Below the pieces are notes generated by a model. The model worked only from the letters and a program-made list of their open reading frames with translations. It was not told where the DNA came from and searched no databases. From Pseudomonadota bacterium (lineage in GTDB: Bacteria; Desulfobacterota; Desulfobacteria; Desulfobacterales; Desulfolunaceae), in the NCBI GenBank assembly GCA_018818835.1, contig JAHIRD010000141.1, positions 4,608 through 68,607 on the forward strand: 64,000 nucleotides of DNA, read 5' to 3'. A program made the position numbers and the translations under genes. Positions 1 to 7,993 of this stretch are shown in pieces (positions within the stretch are counted from its first letter, which is position 1; every line of letters starts with the position of its first letter).

Positions 1-2292
1 GCCCCAACCGGTCTGTGATTCCAGGTCAAACGGAGTACTGATAAAACATCCCGAATCAATGGTGGGAACCAGATCCTCGGAGATATCAGTTTTCGTTGAG
101 TCATAGAGATAAAGGATTTTGATGCCGGCTGATCCATTGGCAAGGGTGATATAAGGTGTTTCATCGACCATGTTTGCTATAATTTCGGATACATGGGCCC
201 ATGAGCTGTAATGGGTGAGTTCCACCGGATTATCCGGTGTGCTGATATTAAGCACCAGAACGCCCTGATCGCCAATGGCCACATAGGCCTTGTCTTCAAG
301 AACAGAAATACCAGTGGCATTTATGTCAATGGCGGGCGTGACGATGGTAATGGTGTCATCGTCTTCCGTTACGGTGCCTTGGTCATCTGTTTCGGTAACC
401 TCAGCAATGGTTGTAAATGAAGCAGGTTCGGGCAGAGGCGATGAAAGATCGGAAATATTTAAAATTTTGACACCGGAGTTACCATCTGCCACAAGCAGAT
501 ATGTTTGATCCCCGCTGTGATAGGCAGCTATGGAATTGGCATTGTCCATAGGGGCAGATGCCTTCAGTACAGGGCTTGATGGTGTGGTGATATCGAAAAT
601 CTCTATGCCTGACGGGCCTTCAGCGATGTACGCGTGGTTATCCGAGATAAAGATGCCCTGGGCTGGTCCTGTCGTTGGGGTTGAGCCCAGGTCAACCGGA
701 TTTAAGGGGTCTTGAATATCCACAAGGTGCAATCCGGTGATACTATCTGCAATAGAAAGAATGTTTTCAGAGACACACAAGGCCATGGGGGCAGGTGATG
801 TGATGGAAACCCCTGTAAAAAAGGGATTGGAAGGGTCTGTCACATCAGCCACCTTAATATCACCGGCCTCAGCACTTAAATACGCATAATTCCCGGACAC
901 AACAACATCGGTTGATGGCTCAGAATCTTCAAGGAAACCTTTTAGCAAGGCATAAGAGTGCTCAGAGCTGTCAAAGATTCGAAGACCATTGTCATGGTCC
1001 AGCATGTAAGTATAATCACCCTCAACAAAGATATCATCGGCGGTCAAAGGCGAATCGATTTGGCTTGACAAGGTGGGTGCTGAGGGTGTGGACACATCCA
1101 GCTTGCTCAAGCCGCTTTGGACAGAGCCCATATACACCGAGGGTGGGTCTGCAAGGATGCTGTACGACATGCCCACATTCGTAGTGTACTCGCCGATGAC
1201 TTGATACTCAAGTACTTCATCACTTTGAGCAGGTTCGGCAAAGATGTCCACAATCTGAAGCCCTGAATCCCCGTCAGCCACATAGGCATAGGAGCCGGAA
1301 ATACTTAAACTCCGGGCATTGCCAGGCATAATACACCGACCGAAGTTTGTGATGGTAATGCCGTTGACATCTGAAATATCCATGCGTGATACGGCATAGC
1401 TTTTTTCATATTCGTAGGTCCCACTAATGTATACGGTGAGACGCCCCCCGGTTACTGTGACAAAAAGGTCTGACAACAGAGATATGGACCCATACCAGAA
1501 GCTGGTTAGTGTGTCTTTGATGACCGGGTCAAGGATCACCGCAGGATTGGTAACATCAAAAATTTTGATCCCATGATAAAAATCAAGAACAAAGGCATAG
1601 ACCTTCCCGCCAAAGGGATACAGATTCATGTTCACATACCCACCGGTGGCGGTGTAACTTCCATTGACGTCCGGCTGTTTATAGCCGGAAATTCTTTCAT
1701 CATCCTGAAGATCCTCAGGAAGAGTCAGAAGAATTTCGACGGGTTGGGATGGATCGGTAACATTTATGGCACGGAGCCCGAAGTTATCATCGGCTAGATA
1801 CAGTGTCCCATTGTAAAGACCCAGTGCACGGGCATCGATATCCGGAACATCCACACTTATTGTATCGCTTTCACGAAAGGCCCCCGGGTTGTCCGGTGCT
1901 TGATCAAAGGTGGTGACAAGAATAGGATCCGCAGGGTCAGTCAGTGAATAAATCTGAAGCCCTCCGGCTTGGTGCCGGGTGTCATATCCTGCTGCAATAT
2001 AAAGATTCGAATTTGGGTCATCAAAGAGCATATCCTGAATGCTTGTACTGGTCTCTATCCGAAAAATGCTGGAAACCGTATAGGAAGCTTTATCAATAAC
2101 AACAACTGTGTCCCCCAGTGCCCAGAAAATAAAATCCCCACCTGATTCAACGGCATTGACGCCCCCATGAAGAAAAAGTGTTGGGGGTGAAAAGGGCCAT
2201 TCGGCTGTTTTTCTCAGTGTCGTTGTTCCCCATGCCCCCATAGCATGGAAGATAATCAGGACTGACAGAATGATAATTTGTTTTAGTTTCAT
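1..2292 (-). CDS. Secreted LVIVD-repeat beta-propeller protein; the 3' end runs off the left window edge
   Basis: ATG at 2292-2290 is preceded by AAAGG. My translation starts MKLKQIIILSVLIIFHAMGAWG (signal peptide). The frame must stay open to position 1, because no closed minus-strand ORF is listed in the track. Repeated units GLQIVDIF, GLHLVDIQDPLNP, GIEIFDITTPSSP, GVKILNISDLSSP and GVLVLNISTPDNP match the LVIVD repeat signature. Confidence 0.75.
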   Translation of the reverse strand, partial: MKLKQIIILSVLIIFHAMGAWGTTTLRKTAEWPFSPPTLFLHGGVNAVESGGDFIFWALGDTVVVIDKASYTVSSIFRIETSTSIQDMLFDDPNSNLYIAAGYDTRHQAGGLQIYSLTDPADPILVTTFDQAPDNPGAFRESDTISVDVPDIDARALGLYNGTLYLADDNFGLRAINVTDPSQPVEILLTLPEDLQDDERISGYKQPDVNGSYTATGGYVNMNLYPFGGKVYAFVLDFYHGIKIFDVTNPAVILDPVIKDTLTSFWYGSISLLSDLFVTVTGGRLTVYISGTYEYEKSYAVSRMDISDVNGITITNFGRCIMPGNARSLSISGSYAYVADGDSGLQIVDIFAEPAQSDEVLEYQVIGEYTTNVGMSYSILADPPSVYMGSVQSGLSKLDVSTPSAPTLSSQIDSPLTADDIFVEGDYTYMLDHDNGLRIFDSSEHSYALLKGFLEDSEPSTDVVVSGNYAYLSAEAGDIKVADVTDPSNPFFTGVSITSPAPMALCVSENILSIADSITGLHLVDIQDPLNPVDLGSTPTTGPAQGIFISDNHAYIAEGPSGIEIFDITTPSSPVLKASAPMDNANSIAAYHSGDQTYLLVADGNSGVKILNISDLSSPLPEPASFTTIAEVTETDDQGTVTEDDDTITIVTPAIDINATGISVLEDKAYVAIGDQGVLVLNISTPDNPVELTHYSSWAHVSEIIANMVDETPYITLANGSAGIKILYLYDSTKTDISEDLVPTIDSGCFISTPFDLESQTGWG

Positions 2293-2326
2293 ATGATGAT
2301 GCCTTTGTTAAACGTCAGATCACTGC

Positions 2327-3202
2327 TTAAAAACGGCTTGTTACGTTGATTCCAAGACCTTTTTCATCTCCGGCCCTTATTTCGAGGCCCAGAGAGAATA
2401 ACTCCTTGATATTCATGGTCACCCCCACGAAATATCCAATGTTTTTAGACCATGTGATATCTTCTGTGTAATGAATGAACCCCTCATTAAAATAGAGGGT
2501 GCTGTAATTTCTGTTCGTATAATCCTCCGACCCGGTGATGCTGGCGACTTTTACTCCCATGTATGGAGAATAGGTTGGCATGTTTGCCGATAAACAGAAC
2601 GCCAGTTGAACCTCGTCAAGTGTGGATGCGTAGGATATTCCTTCTGACTTGAATCGGTCTTCTTCTATGGTTAATCGTCGGTAGGTGATATCCATTCCAA
2701 ATGTCACAGGGATATCACCTTTGTATTCTCCCCGGTGCATGACAAAACTTGCACCCATGCCATAATAAAGATCAGGCCCTGACTCGAAGGTATCATGGCT
2801 TGCATAGGACCTGCTGACGGTCCAGTCGCTGTAATCGAAATTAATGGTAGATGTGCTGGTCCCCAGAAGGGCGTAAATGATACTGCTGTCGTTGATGGGA
2901 GCACCGACTTTAAGCCCCATGGTATCCATGGTATTTTTTGATTTTCGTGTCTGGGGGTAATGGCGCTGCTCAGGAGGCGAAATGTTCGGATTGGTCCAGG
3001 GAAAACGCGTGATCTGTTCGGGAAGATCATTGACCTGCCTGTCAAAGGAAACCGTGGTGATGATTGATATTCCACCATCTTTCTGGAACGGACCTGGATT
3101 CCACAATGCCGGATCACCGATATTACCAACAGGAGCGGCACATACGGCAATGGGCAGTAAGATACAGAAGCAGATCAATAGCATGTAGGGTGTACGGTTC
3201 AT
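2327..3202 (-). CDS. Outer-membrane beta-barrel protein, possibly MOMP-like
   Basis: ATG at 3202 with a GGAGAAAAGGA RBS. Signal peptide LLICFCILLPIAVCA. Alternating-polarity strands and a C-terminal ...NVTSRF with terminal Phe, the typical BAM signal. The mature N-terminus PVGNIGDPALW weakly recalls the LPVGNPAEPSL start of chlamydial/Legionella major outer-membrane proteins (from memory). Confidence 0.6.
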   Translation of the reverse strand: MNRTPYMLLICFCILLPIAVCAAPVGNIGDPALWNPGPFQKDGGISIITTVSFDRQVNDLPEQITRFPWTNPNISPPEQRHYPQTRKSKNTMDTMGLKVGAPINDSSIIYALLGTSTSTINFDYSDWTVSRSYASHDTFESGPDLYYGMGASFVMHRGEYKGDIPVTFGMDITYRRLTIEEDRFKSEGISYASTLDEVQLAFCLSANMPTYSPYMGVKVASITGSEDYTNRNYSTLYFNEGFIHYTEDITWSKNIGYFVGVTMNIKELFSLGLEIRAGDEKGLGINVTSRF

Positions 3203-3279
3203 TCCTTTTCTCCGAATAAAACCTCGAACAAATCAGGACAAGCCAGGCAATGGACCGTTATTCCCACAGTTTATCATGA

Positions 3280-3317
3280 TGAAAAAATATCATGGGGGCG
3301 GGTTTTACTCCGCCCCA
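3280..3317 (-). terminator. Rho-independent terminator after the 166-aa secreted-protein gene
   Basis: Minus sense reads GGGGCGGAGTAAAACCCGCCCCC followed by ATGATATTTTTTCATC. It lies about 100 nt downstream of the stop at 3414. Confidence 0.5.
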
Positions 3318-3413
3318 TGCATCATGGTGTGCTTTAAATATACTGGGATTTTATAACGGACTGTTTTCTGACGAAAAAAAGGAGGTAAAAGAGTGGCTGG
3401 TATAACGGCCCCA

Positions 3414-3914
3414 TTAGTTGGTCGTTATTCGCACGTTTCCGCTGATCTGGGCATGATAGTCACGGATGCTGATACTCCCGAAACTGTTTCCTTCTCCTGG
3501 TTCCGTTCCCACGGTGATGGATCCGATGTCAAAATGATCGACGTCAATGGTGGCGCCGTTTAAGCTGACATTGATTCCTGTCATCATGGTATGGGAAAAA
3601 AGATCTTGCTCGGTTGTAACAGAAATGGATACGGGTTCTTGAAGGTTGATAACGCCCTGGAATGAAACGTCATTGACGCTTAAATACCCAGCAGTGCCAT
3701 CGGTCCCGTCCGAATCTCCGTAAACCATGCTTCCGATTTCCATGTTAAGGGCAATTTGATCTGCTGCTGTAATTGCAATTCCCGCCTGTGCTGTTGCTTC
3801 GCGCATTCCCGTCTCAGTAAGTGCAGACAAGACCGCATACCCTTTTGAAGGAGTGATGGCCATACCCATAGAAACACATAATACAATTGTCATTAGGAAA
3901 CTAAGCTTTTTCAT
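3414..3914 (-). CDS. Small secreted protein (166 aa) with an N-terminal TAQAG box; paralog family member a
   Basis: The best start is ATG at 3914 (MKKLSFLMTIVLCVSMGMA) with a GGAGA RBS; the longer track ORF to 4040 runs into the riboswitch array. After the signal peptide comes LTETGMREATAQAGIAI, a box shared with ORFs 10042..10746, 10793..11599 and 11812..12642. Confidence 0.7.
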   Translation of the reverse strand: MKKLSFLMTIVLCVSMGMAITPSKGYAVLSALTETGMREATAQAGIAITAADQIALNMEIGSMVYGDSDGTDGTAGYLSVNDVSFQGVINLQEPVSISVTTEQDLFSHTMMTGINVSLNGATIDVDHFDIGSITVGTEPGEGNSFGSISIRDYHAQISGNVRITTN

Positions 3915-3944
3915 TGAGATCTCCTTATCTGTCAACGTCCTACA

Positions 3945-4006
3945 GGCAACCCGGCTGTCCATGGAGGACCCGTGGCTTTCCGTCCCAGGATTGCTCCTGG
4001 TTTGGC
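3945..4006 (-). promoter_or_regulatory. c-di-GMP-I (GEMM-I)-like riboswitch aptamer, unit 1 (closest to the gene)
   Basis: Minus sense: GCCAAACCAGGAGCAAUCCUGGGACGGAAAGCCACGGGUCCUCCAUGGACAGCCGGGUUGCC. The blocks are CAAACC, a 6-bp stem with a GCAA (GNRA) loop, GGGACGGAAAGCC, a second hairpin, and GGGUUGCC. This order matches the GEMM-I aptamer architecture as I recall it. Confidence 0.8.
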
Positions 4007-4010
4007 ATAG

Positions 4011-4092
4011 GAGGCGGCTCGGCTGTCCATGAAATTGCAATGCAAAAAAATGGACCCGTGGCTTTCCGTCCCAGGGTTACCCCTGGTTTGGC
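4011..4092 (-). promoter_or_regulatory. GEMM-I-like aptamer, unit 2
   Basis: Minus sense: GCCAAACCAGGGGUAACCCUGGGACGGAAAGCCACGGGUCCAU[19-nt loop]AUGGACAGCCGAGCCGCCUC. GUAA tetraloop. The 3' end is the variant CCGAGCCGCC. Confidence 0.65.
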
Positions 4093-4119
4093 CTTGTACG
4101 TCTTCTGTTAACTGTTACA

Positions 4120-4197
4120 GGTAACCCGGCTATCCATTTTATCATAAAGAAAAAATGGACCCGTGGCTTTCCGTCCCAGGGTTACCCCTGGTTTGGC
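4120..4197 (-). promoter_or_regulatory. GEMM-I-like aptamer, unit 3
   Basis: Minus sense: GCCAAACCAGGGGUAACCCUGGGACGGAAAGCCACGGGUCCAU[AU-rich loop]AUGGACAGCCGGGUUACC, except that plus-strand tatcc at 4131-4135 gives GGAUAGCC in place of GGACAGCC. Nearly identical to unit 5. Confidence 0.8.
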
Positions 4198-4200
4198 TCT

Positions 4201-4270
4201 GGAGGCGGCCCGGCTGTCCACACAATTATGGACCCGTGGCTTTCTGTCCCAGGGTTACCCCTGGTTTAGC
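4201..4270 (-). promoter_or_regulatory. GEMM-I-like aptamer, unit 4
   Basis: Minus sense: GCUAAACCAGGGGUAACCCUGGGACAGAAAGCCACGGGUCCAUAAUUGUGUGGACAGCCGGGCCGCCUCC. Two point variants are present (CUAAACC, GACAGAAAGCC). It resembles unit 2. Confidence 0.65.
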
Positions 4271-4277
4271 AATAAAT

Positions 4278-4355
4278 GGTAACCCGGCTGTCCATTTTAT
4301 CATAAAGAAAAAATGGACCCGTGGCTTTCCGTCCCAGGGTTACCCCTGGTTTGGC
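4278..4355 (-). promoter_or_regulatory. GEMM-I-like aptamer, unit 5 (5'-most in the RNA)
   Basis: Same blocks as unit 3; 3' end GGACAGCCGGGUUACC. Confidence 0.8.
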
Positions 4356-4515
4356 GCGCTTGTCACCCTTTTACCTCCACGCCCACCCTTTTTTTACGAA
4401 AAGGGCAGGCATGGTCTGTCCCGACTTGTCAAAGAACATGAGCTCACCCCAACCATGCAGATAACCTAAGACGGATATCGACATGATACAGGGAAAACTT
4501 AACGATAATAATTGA

Positions 4516-6021
4516 TCAGTTCGATAAAGTGACAGTGATCCTGAAAAATTCCGGATCAGGATTATCCAGCACACTGATCAGATGAAGTTTATTTGAACCA
4601 TCAAAAACAAGGGGTATCCCATCAATAATGCTTTTAATCTTTAAATTAATTTCGTGGTCGTTAATTACCAGAATCACATTTTTCCCCTTTTCGGCCAGAT
4701 ACGCTATATTCATCCCATCCGGGCTGAACAGGGGATTGAAAATCCGTGAATAGCCACGTCCTTCAATCCCGTCAGTAACCAGAAAGATATTTTTTTTATC
4801 GAGAACTTCATAAAACATATGGTTTGAGTCATTACTGAAACATGGGCTTTTTACATCCATATATTTTTTACCGGGTTTACCGTCTAAAATCACCATGTTA
4901 TTTTTTTCAGTTTTGACTGTATAGGCAACGTGTTTTGAATCCGGGCTGAACACCGGAGTACCCACAAATGGATAAAATCCTTGTTCCTGCCCGTCACAAA
5001 TCACGGTAAACTTATTCTTTTTAATTCCGATATGGGCAAAACGATTGGAATCAGGACTGAAAATATATGTACCGAGAAGATCATATGCGGAACCTTCTTT
5101 CCTATCCATAACAAGTACCCATTTGTTTCCTTTTTTTGCAGGGTAGGCCATATGTTTTGAGTCGGGGCTGAATACGGGAAGGCCCACAGTAGGATATTTT
5201 TCATGTTCCTTACCATCTTCGACGATGAAGATTTTAAACTTTTTTTGGGCTGCATAGGTAAGTCTGGTGGAATCAGGGCTCCATGTAATGGTCAGAACAT
5301 TCTCATAGGGTTTCCCCGTGAATCCGTCTTTGAATAGGAACCATGCCCCGTCTTTGAGTACAGCGCCGGCCAGATGGTTTGAATCCGGACTGAAAATAAG
5401 CTCTTTGATTCCCAAAAATGTGCCGATCTTCCGGGAATTTTTGATAACAAACCATTCCTTACCTTTTACGGCGATATAAGCCAGGTGTTTTGAATCCGGG
5501 CTGAACAAGGGCCGGCTTTTAATTTGATCAAACGGTTCGCCTGCCCTGTGATTTAACACGACAAAGAGTTCATTTCCCATCTTGGCCTTATACGCAAACT
5601 GTTTGCCGTCCGGGCTGAAAATCAGGTCGGATACCCCATCGAAATCCGGTCCTTTTTTCCCATCGATCACCACACATTGCTTGGAACCTTGAACCGCGAT
5701 ATAAGCAAGCCGGTTTGTTTTCGGGCTGAAAAAAGGGGTCCCCTTGGCGATACCATCAAAATCCGGGCCTTTCTTCGTGTCCAGATGAACAGCCATTTTC
5801 TGGTTAACTCGCGTTGCATATGCCACATGCTCTGCATCAGGCTTGTTCGTAGTCAGTCCGAACAGTTTGGACTCTTTGGGGAGTTTTCCTAAAGAGGTTT
5901 TGGTGATTGATACAGTCGGTTTGTCGCTTTTTTGACCTGCAAAGACAGCCAGGGTATGTGAAAAAAAACCGATCAGGCAAATAGAAAACAATGTCATACT
6001 TATTTTTTGAAACAAAACCAT
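4516..6021 (-). CDS. Periplasmic PD40 (TolB-type WD40-like) beta-propeller repeat protein
   Basis: ATG at 6021 and signal peptide LFSICLIGFFSHTLAVFA. About ten repeats of roughly 45 aa carry FSPD(S/G)(K/N)xxAY (FSPDGKQFAY, FSPDSKHLAY, FSPDSNHLAG, FSPDSKHMAY, FSPDGMNIAY). Confidence 0.8.
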   Translation of the reverse strand: MVLFQKISMTLFSICLIGFFSHTLAVFAGQKSDKPTVSITKTSLGKLPKESKLFGLTTNKPDAEHVAYATRVNQKMAVHLDTKKGPDFDGIAKGTPFFSPKTNRLAYIAVQGSKQCVVIDGKKGPDFDGVSDLIFSPDGKQFAYKAKMGNELFVVLNHRAGEPFDQIKSRPLFSPDSKHLAYIAVKGKEWFVIKNSRKIGTFLGIKELIFSPDSNHLAGAVLKDGAWFLFKDGFTGKPYENVLTITWSPDSTRLTYAAQKKFKIFIVEDGKEHEKYPTVGLPVFSPDSKHMAYPAKKGNKWVLVMDRKEGSAYDLLGTYIFSPDSNRFAHIGIKKNKFTVICDGQEQGFYPFVGTPVFSPDSKHVAYTVKTEKNNMVILDGKPGKKYMDVKSPCFSNDSNHMFYEVLDKKNIFLVTDGIEGRGYSRIFNPLFSPDGMNIAYLAEKGKNVILVINDHEINLKIKSIIDGIPLVFDGSNKLHLISVLDNPDPEFFRITVTLSN

Positions 6022-6081
6022 GTTAAAACCTTTTCTTATTTACAAAATTATATGGTTGCATGATATCTCTGCACGGTCCAA

Positions 6082-7965
6082 TTAGTTGTATTCCGCTGAT
6101 AAACGCTCAAGATATCTGTTGAACTCTTCTTCTTCCGTTTCCTCGGTTGTATTCAATTTTGATTCATCCGATTCCGGATGTTTTTTCTTTTTAAAGGGAT
6201 TTAATTTATGAAACAGCTCTTTGATTTTATGGATGCTGTGCTTCATCATCATCTGTTGGTGGTGAAGCATCTCCATCTGGACTTCCAGGGGCATGGTCAC
6301 GCCGAATGTGACAAGATAGATGCTTAAATCCTGCTCGTAATCAAGGCCGGCAAAGGGATTTCCCATCTGGGTGAAATCCAGGGAGTTCATATTGGTGCTT
6401 TCGTTATTATAAATGGTGAAATGATTGCTCCACAGATATCCCAGGCCCAGGTCAAAATCGATGCCGTTGGGGAGTTTGAGGCCAATGCCCGCTCCCACGA
6501 AATCAGCGTCCGGGATAAAATACAGGGCATCGAACTGATCATGCTGCAAAGATGTGGGGCGTTTTTCGTACCCGCAGCGCAAGGTCAGTTTATCGTTGAC
6601 CTCGAATTCCATGGCAGTACTCCAGTGCCAGGTGTCTTTCATGTTTCTGTCCACCACAAAGGTATAGGCCCCATGCTGGTAGCCCAGCATTTTTGCAATA
6701 CGAAGAATCTGGATCCTTTGGTCAAACACAAATCGGTCTTCTTTGCCGGCTGCTGCCCAGTTGGCCCAATGAACATCAAAAAGAAATTTAATCCTGTCCA
6801 AGGGGCGGACCATAATCCCTGTTTGAACCCGTGCAGGAAAAATCTGAGTGGCTGTAACGGTTCCGCTCTGATAGGGCACGGCCTTGATGGGAAGGTCCAG
6901 CATGCCTGCCGATTCCATGGTCATGGGGGTCGAGGCATTCCAGGCCACCTGTTTTTGGAACTGCTTGCTGTATTCCCACATGTATTTTCCGGAAATTTCT
7001 CCTACGGATTCACTTTGATAGCAGAACCCGTAGGAAAACCAAGTCCGAGGGCGCCATAAAAGACCCAGGTTGTATGAGGGAACAAAATCGTCTCTAAGGT
7101 CCATGGTAATGCTGATGTTGTGCTCATAAGGCCCAAGGCCGCCTCCCAACCAAGGGGGCGGGAGGGTTTGCTCTGACACCACGGGAATTTCAAGATCCTT
7201 GGTAGCATCCCCGATAACACGGGTCATGGCCACGAGTTCGTTGGGTGTCCGTACATCCAATTCAAGGCCCATGGCTCGCTGGGCCATACCAATGGAAACA
7301 CCCAGGAAAAGCTGGTCAGATACAGCAAAACTGGCTGAAGGTGCTGCATAGATCAAATGTTGTGCATACAGGGACTTGCATCCGAACTGGAAGGGATCAC
7401 CCTCATCCCGGTGGGCCATTCCGCCAGCAAAGGGGGCATAGTTGGCGTATGCAAAGGTCCACTTGCTGTCCGGCTTTCGTGAGGCCAAGCCCAGGTTCGG
7501 ACCTGCTAAAAAATCAATGGGGCCGTAGAAGGGCAGGTACATACGTCCTGATGAGTTTGTACCCGATTTCCCGTTCAATGGGTCAGGCCCGCCGTGGTCG
7601 CTGTTGGGATCGGTTGCGGAATCGTAATATTCAGGATATTTATTCTCATCCGGCCCCCAGTAACCGTTCATGAACCCTTCAAAATCATCAGCGGTCTTAA
7701 ACCGTCCTGTTCGTTTGATGATGGGCAGGGCAAATCCGTTGCTGAAGGTCTTGCCTTCATCTAATAAAGACAATCCCGCAGGATTGTAATGAACGGACAT
7801 CAGGCCGGGCGGGTCGGCTGTGCAGGTATTGGCCAGGGACACGGCACGGGCATCCACGGCAAGCTGCTCATTAAAAACCGCATGGCTCAAGGAAGGCATC
7901 AGGAATATACAGATAGGTATGGTGAACAACCCGCTGTATTTTATTATGAGACAGAGAACGCGCAA
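6082..7965 (-). CDS. FadL/TodX-family outer-membrane channel with an unusual charged C-terminal tail
   Basis: After the signal peptide: DARAVSLANTCTADPPGLMSVHYNPAGLSLL, a FadL-type N-terminal motif. I prefer the TTG start at 7965 (AGGAGA, then 6 nt, then TTG, giving M-RVLCLIIKYSGLFTIPICIFLMPSLSHA). The track ORF start at 8046 would overlap the upstream gene by 52 nt. Confidence 0.7.
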   Translation of the reverse strand: MRVLCLIIKYSGLFTIPICIFLMPSLSHAVFNEQLAVDARAVSLANTCTADPPGLMSVHYNPAGLSLLDEGKTFSNGFALPIIKRTGRFKTADDFEGFMNGYWGPDENKYPEYYDSATDPNSDHGGPDPLNGKSGTNSSGRMYLPFYGPIDFLAGPNLGLASRKPDSKWTFAYANYAPFAGGMAHRDEGDPFQFGCKSLYAQHLIYAAPSASFAVSDQLFLGVSIGMAQRAMGLELDVRTPNELVAMTRVIGDATKDLEIPVVSEQTLPPPWLGGGLGPYEHNISITMDLRDDFVPSYNLGLLWRPRTWFSYGFCYQSESVGEISGKYMWEYSKQFQKQVAWNASTPMTMESAGMLDLPIKAVPYQSGTVTATQIFPARVQTGIMVRPLDRIKFLFDVHWANWAAAGKEDRFVFDQRIQILRIAKMLGYQHGAYTFVVDRNMKDTWHWSTAMEFEVNDKLTLRCGYEKRPTSLQHDQFDALYFIPDADFVGAGIGLKLPNGIDFDLGLGYLWSNHFTIYNNESTNMNSLDFTQMGNPFAGLDYEQDLSIYLVTFGVTMPLEVQMEMLHHQQMMMKHSIHKIKELFHKLNPFKKKKHPESDESKLNTTEETEEEEFNRYLERLSAEYN

Positions 7966-7993
7966 AAAAAATCTCCTGTTCCTGAACCTGCCA

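Noticed and set aside
3945-4355. Tandem repeat array considered as a CRISPR array.
   Set aside because: The units are 62-82 nt and almost contiguous (3-27 nt linkers), with no unique spacers. The internal conserved blocks and compensatory stem changes match a riboswitch aptamer. No cas genes are present in the window.
3914-4469. Track ORFs 3914..4111 (+) and 4155..4469 (+), which encode repeated peptides such as GPVAFRPRVTPGLA.
   Set aside because: They are plus-strand translations of the tandem riboswitch-like units. The repetition reflects the RNA repeat, the structure signal (GNRA loops) is on the opposite strand, and there are no RBSs.
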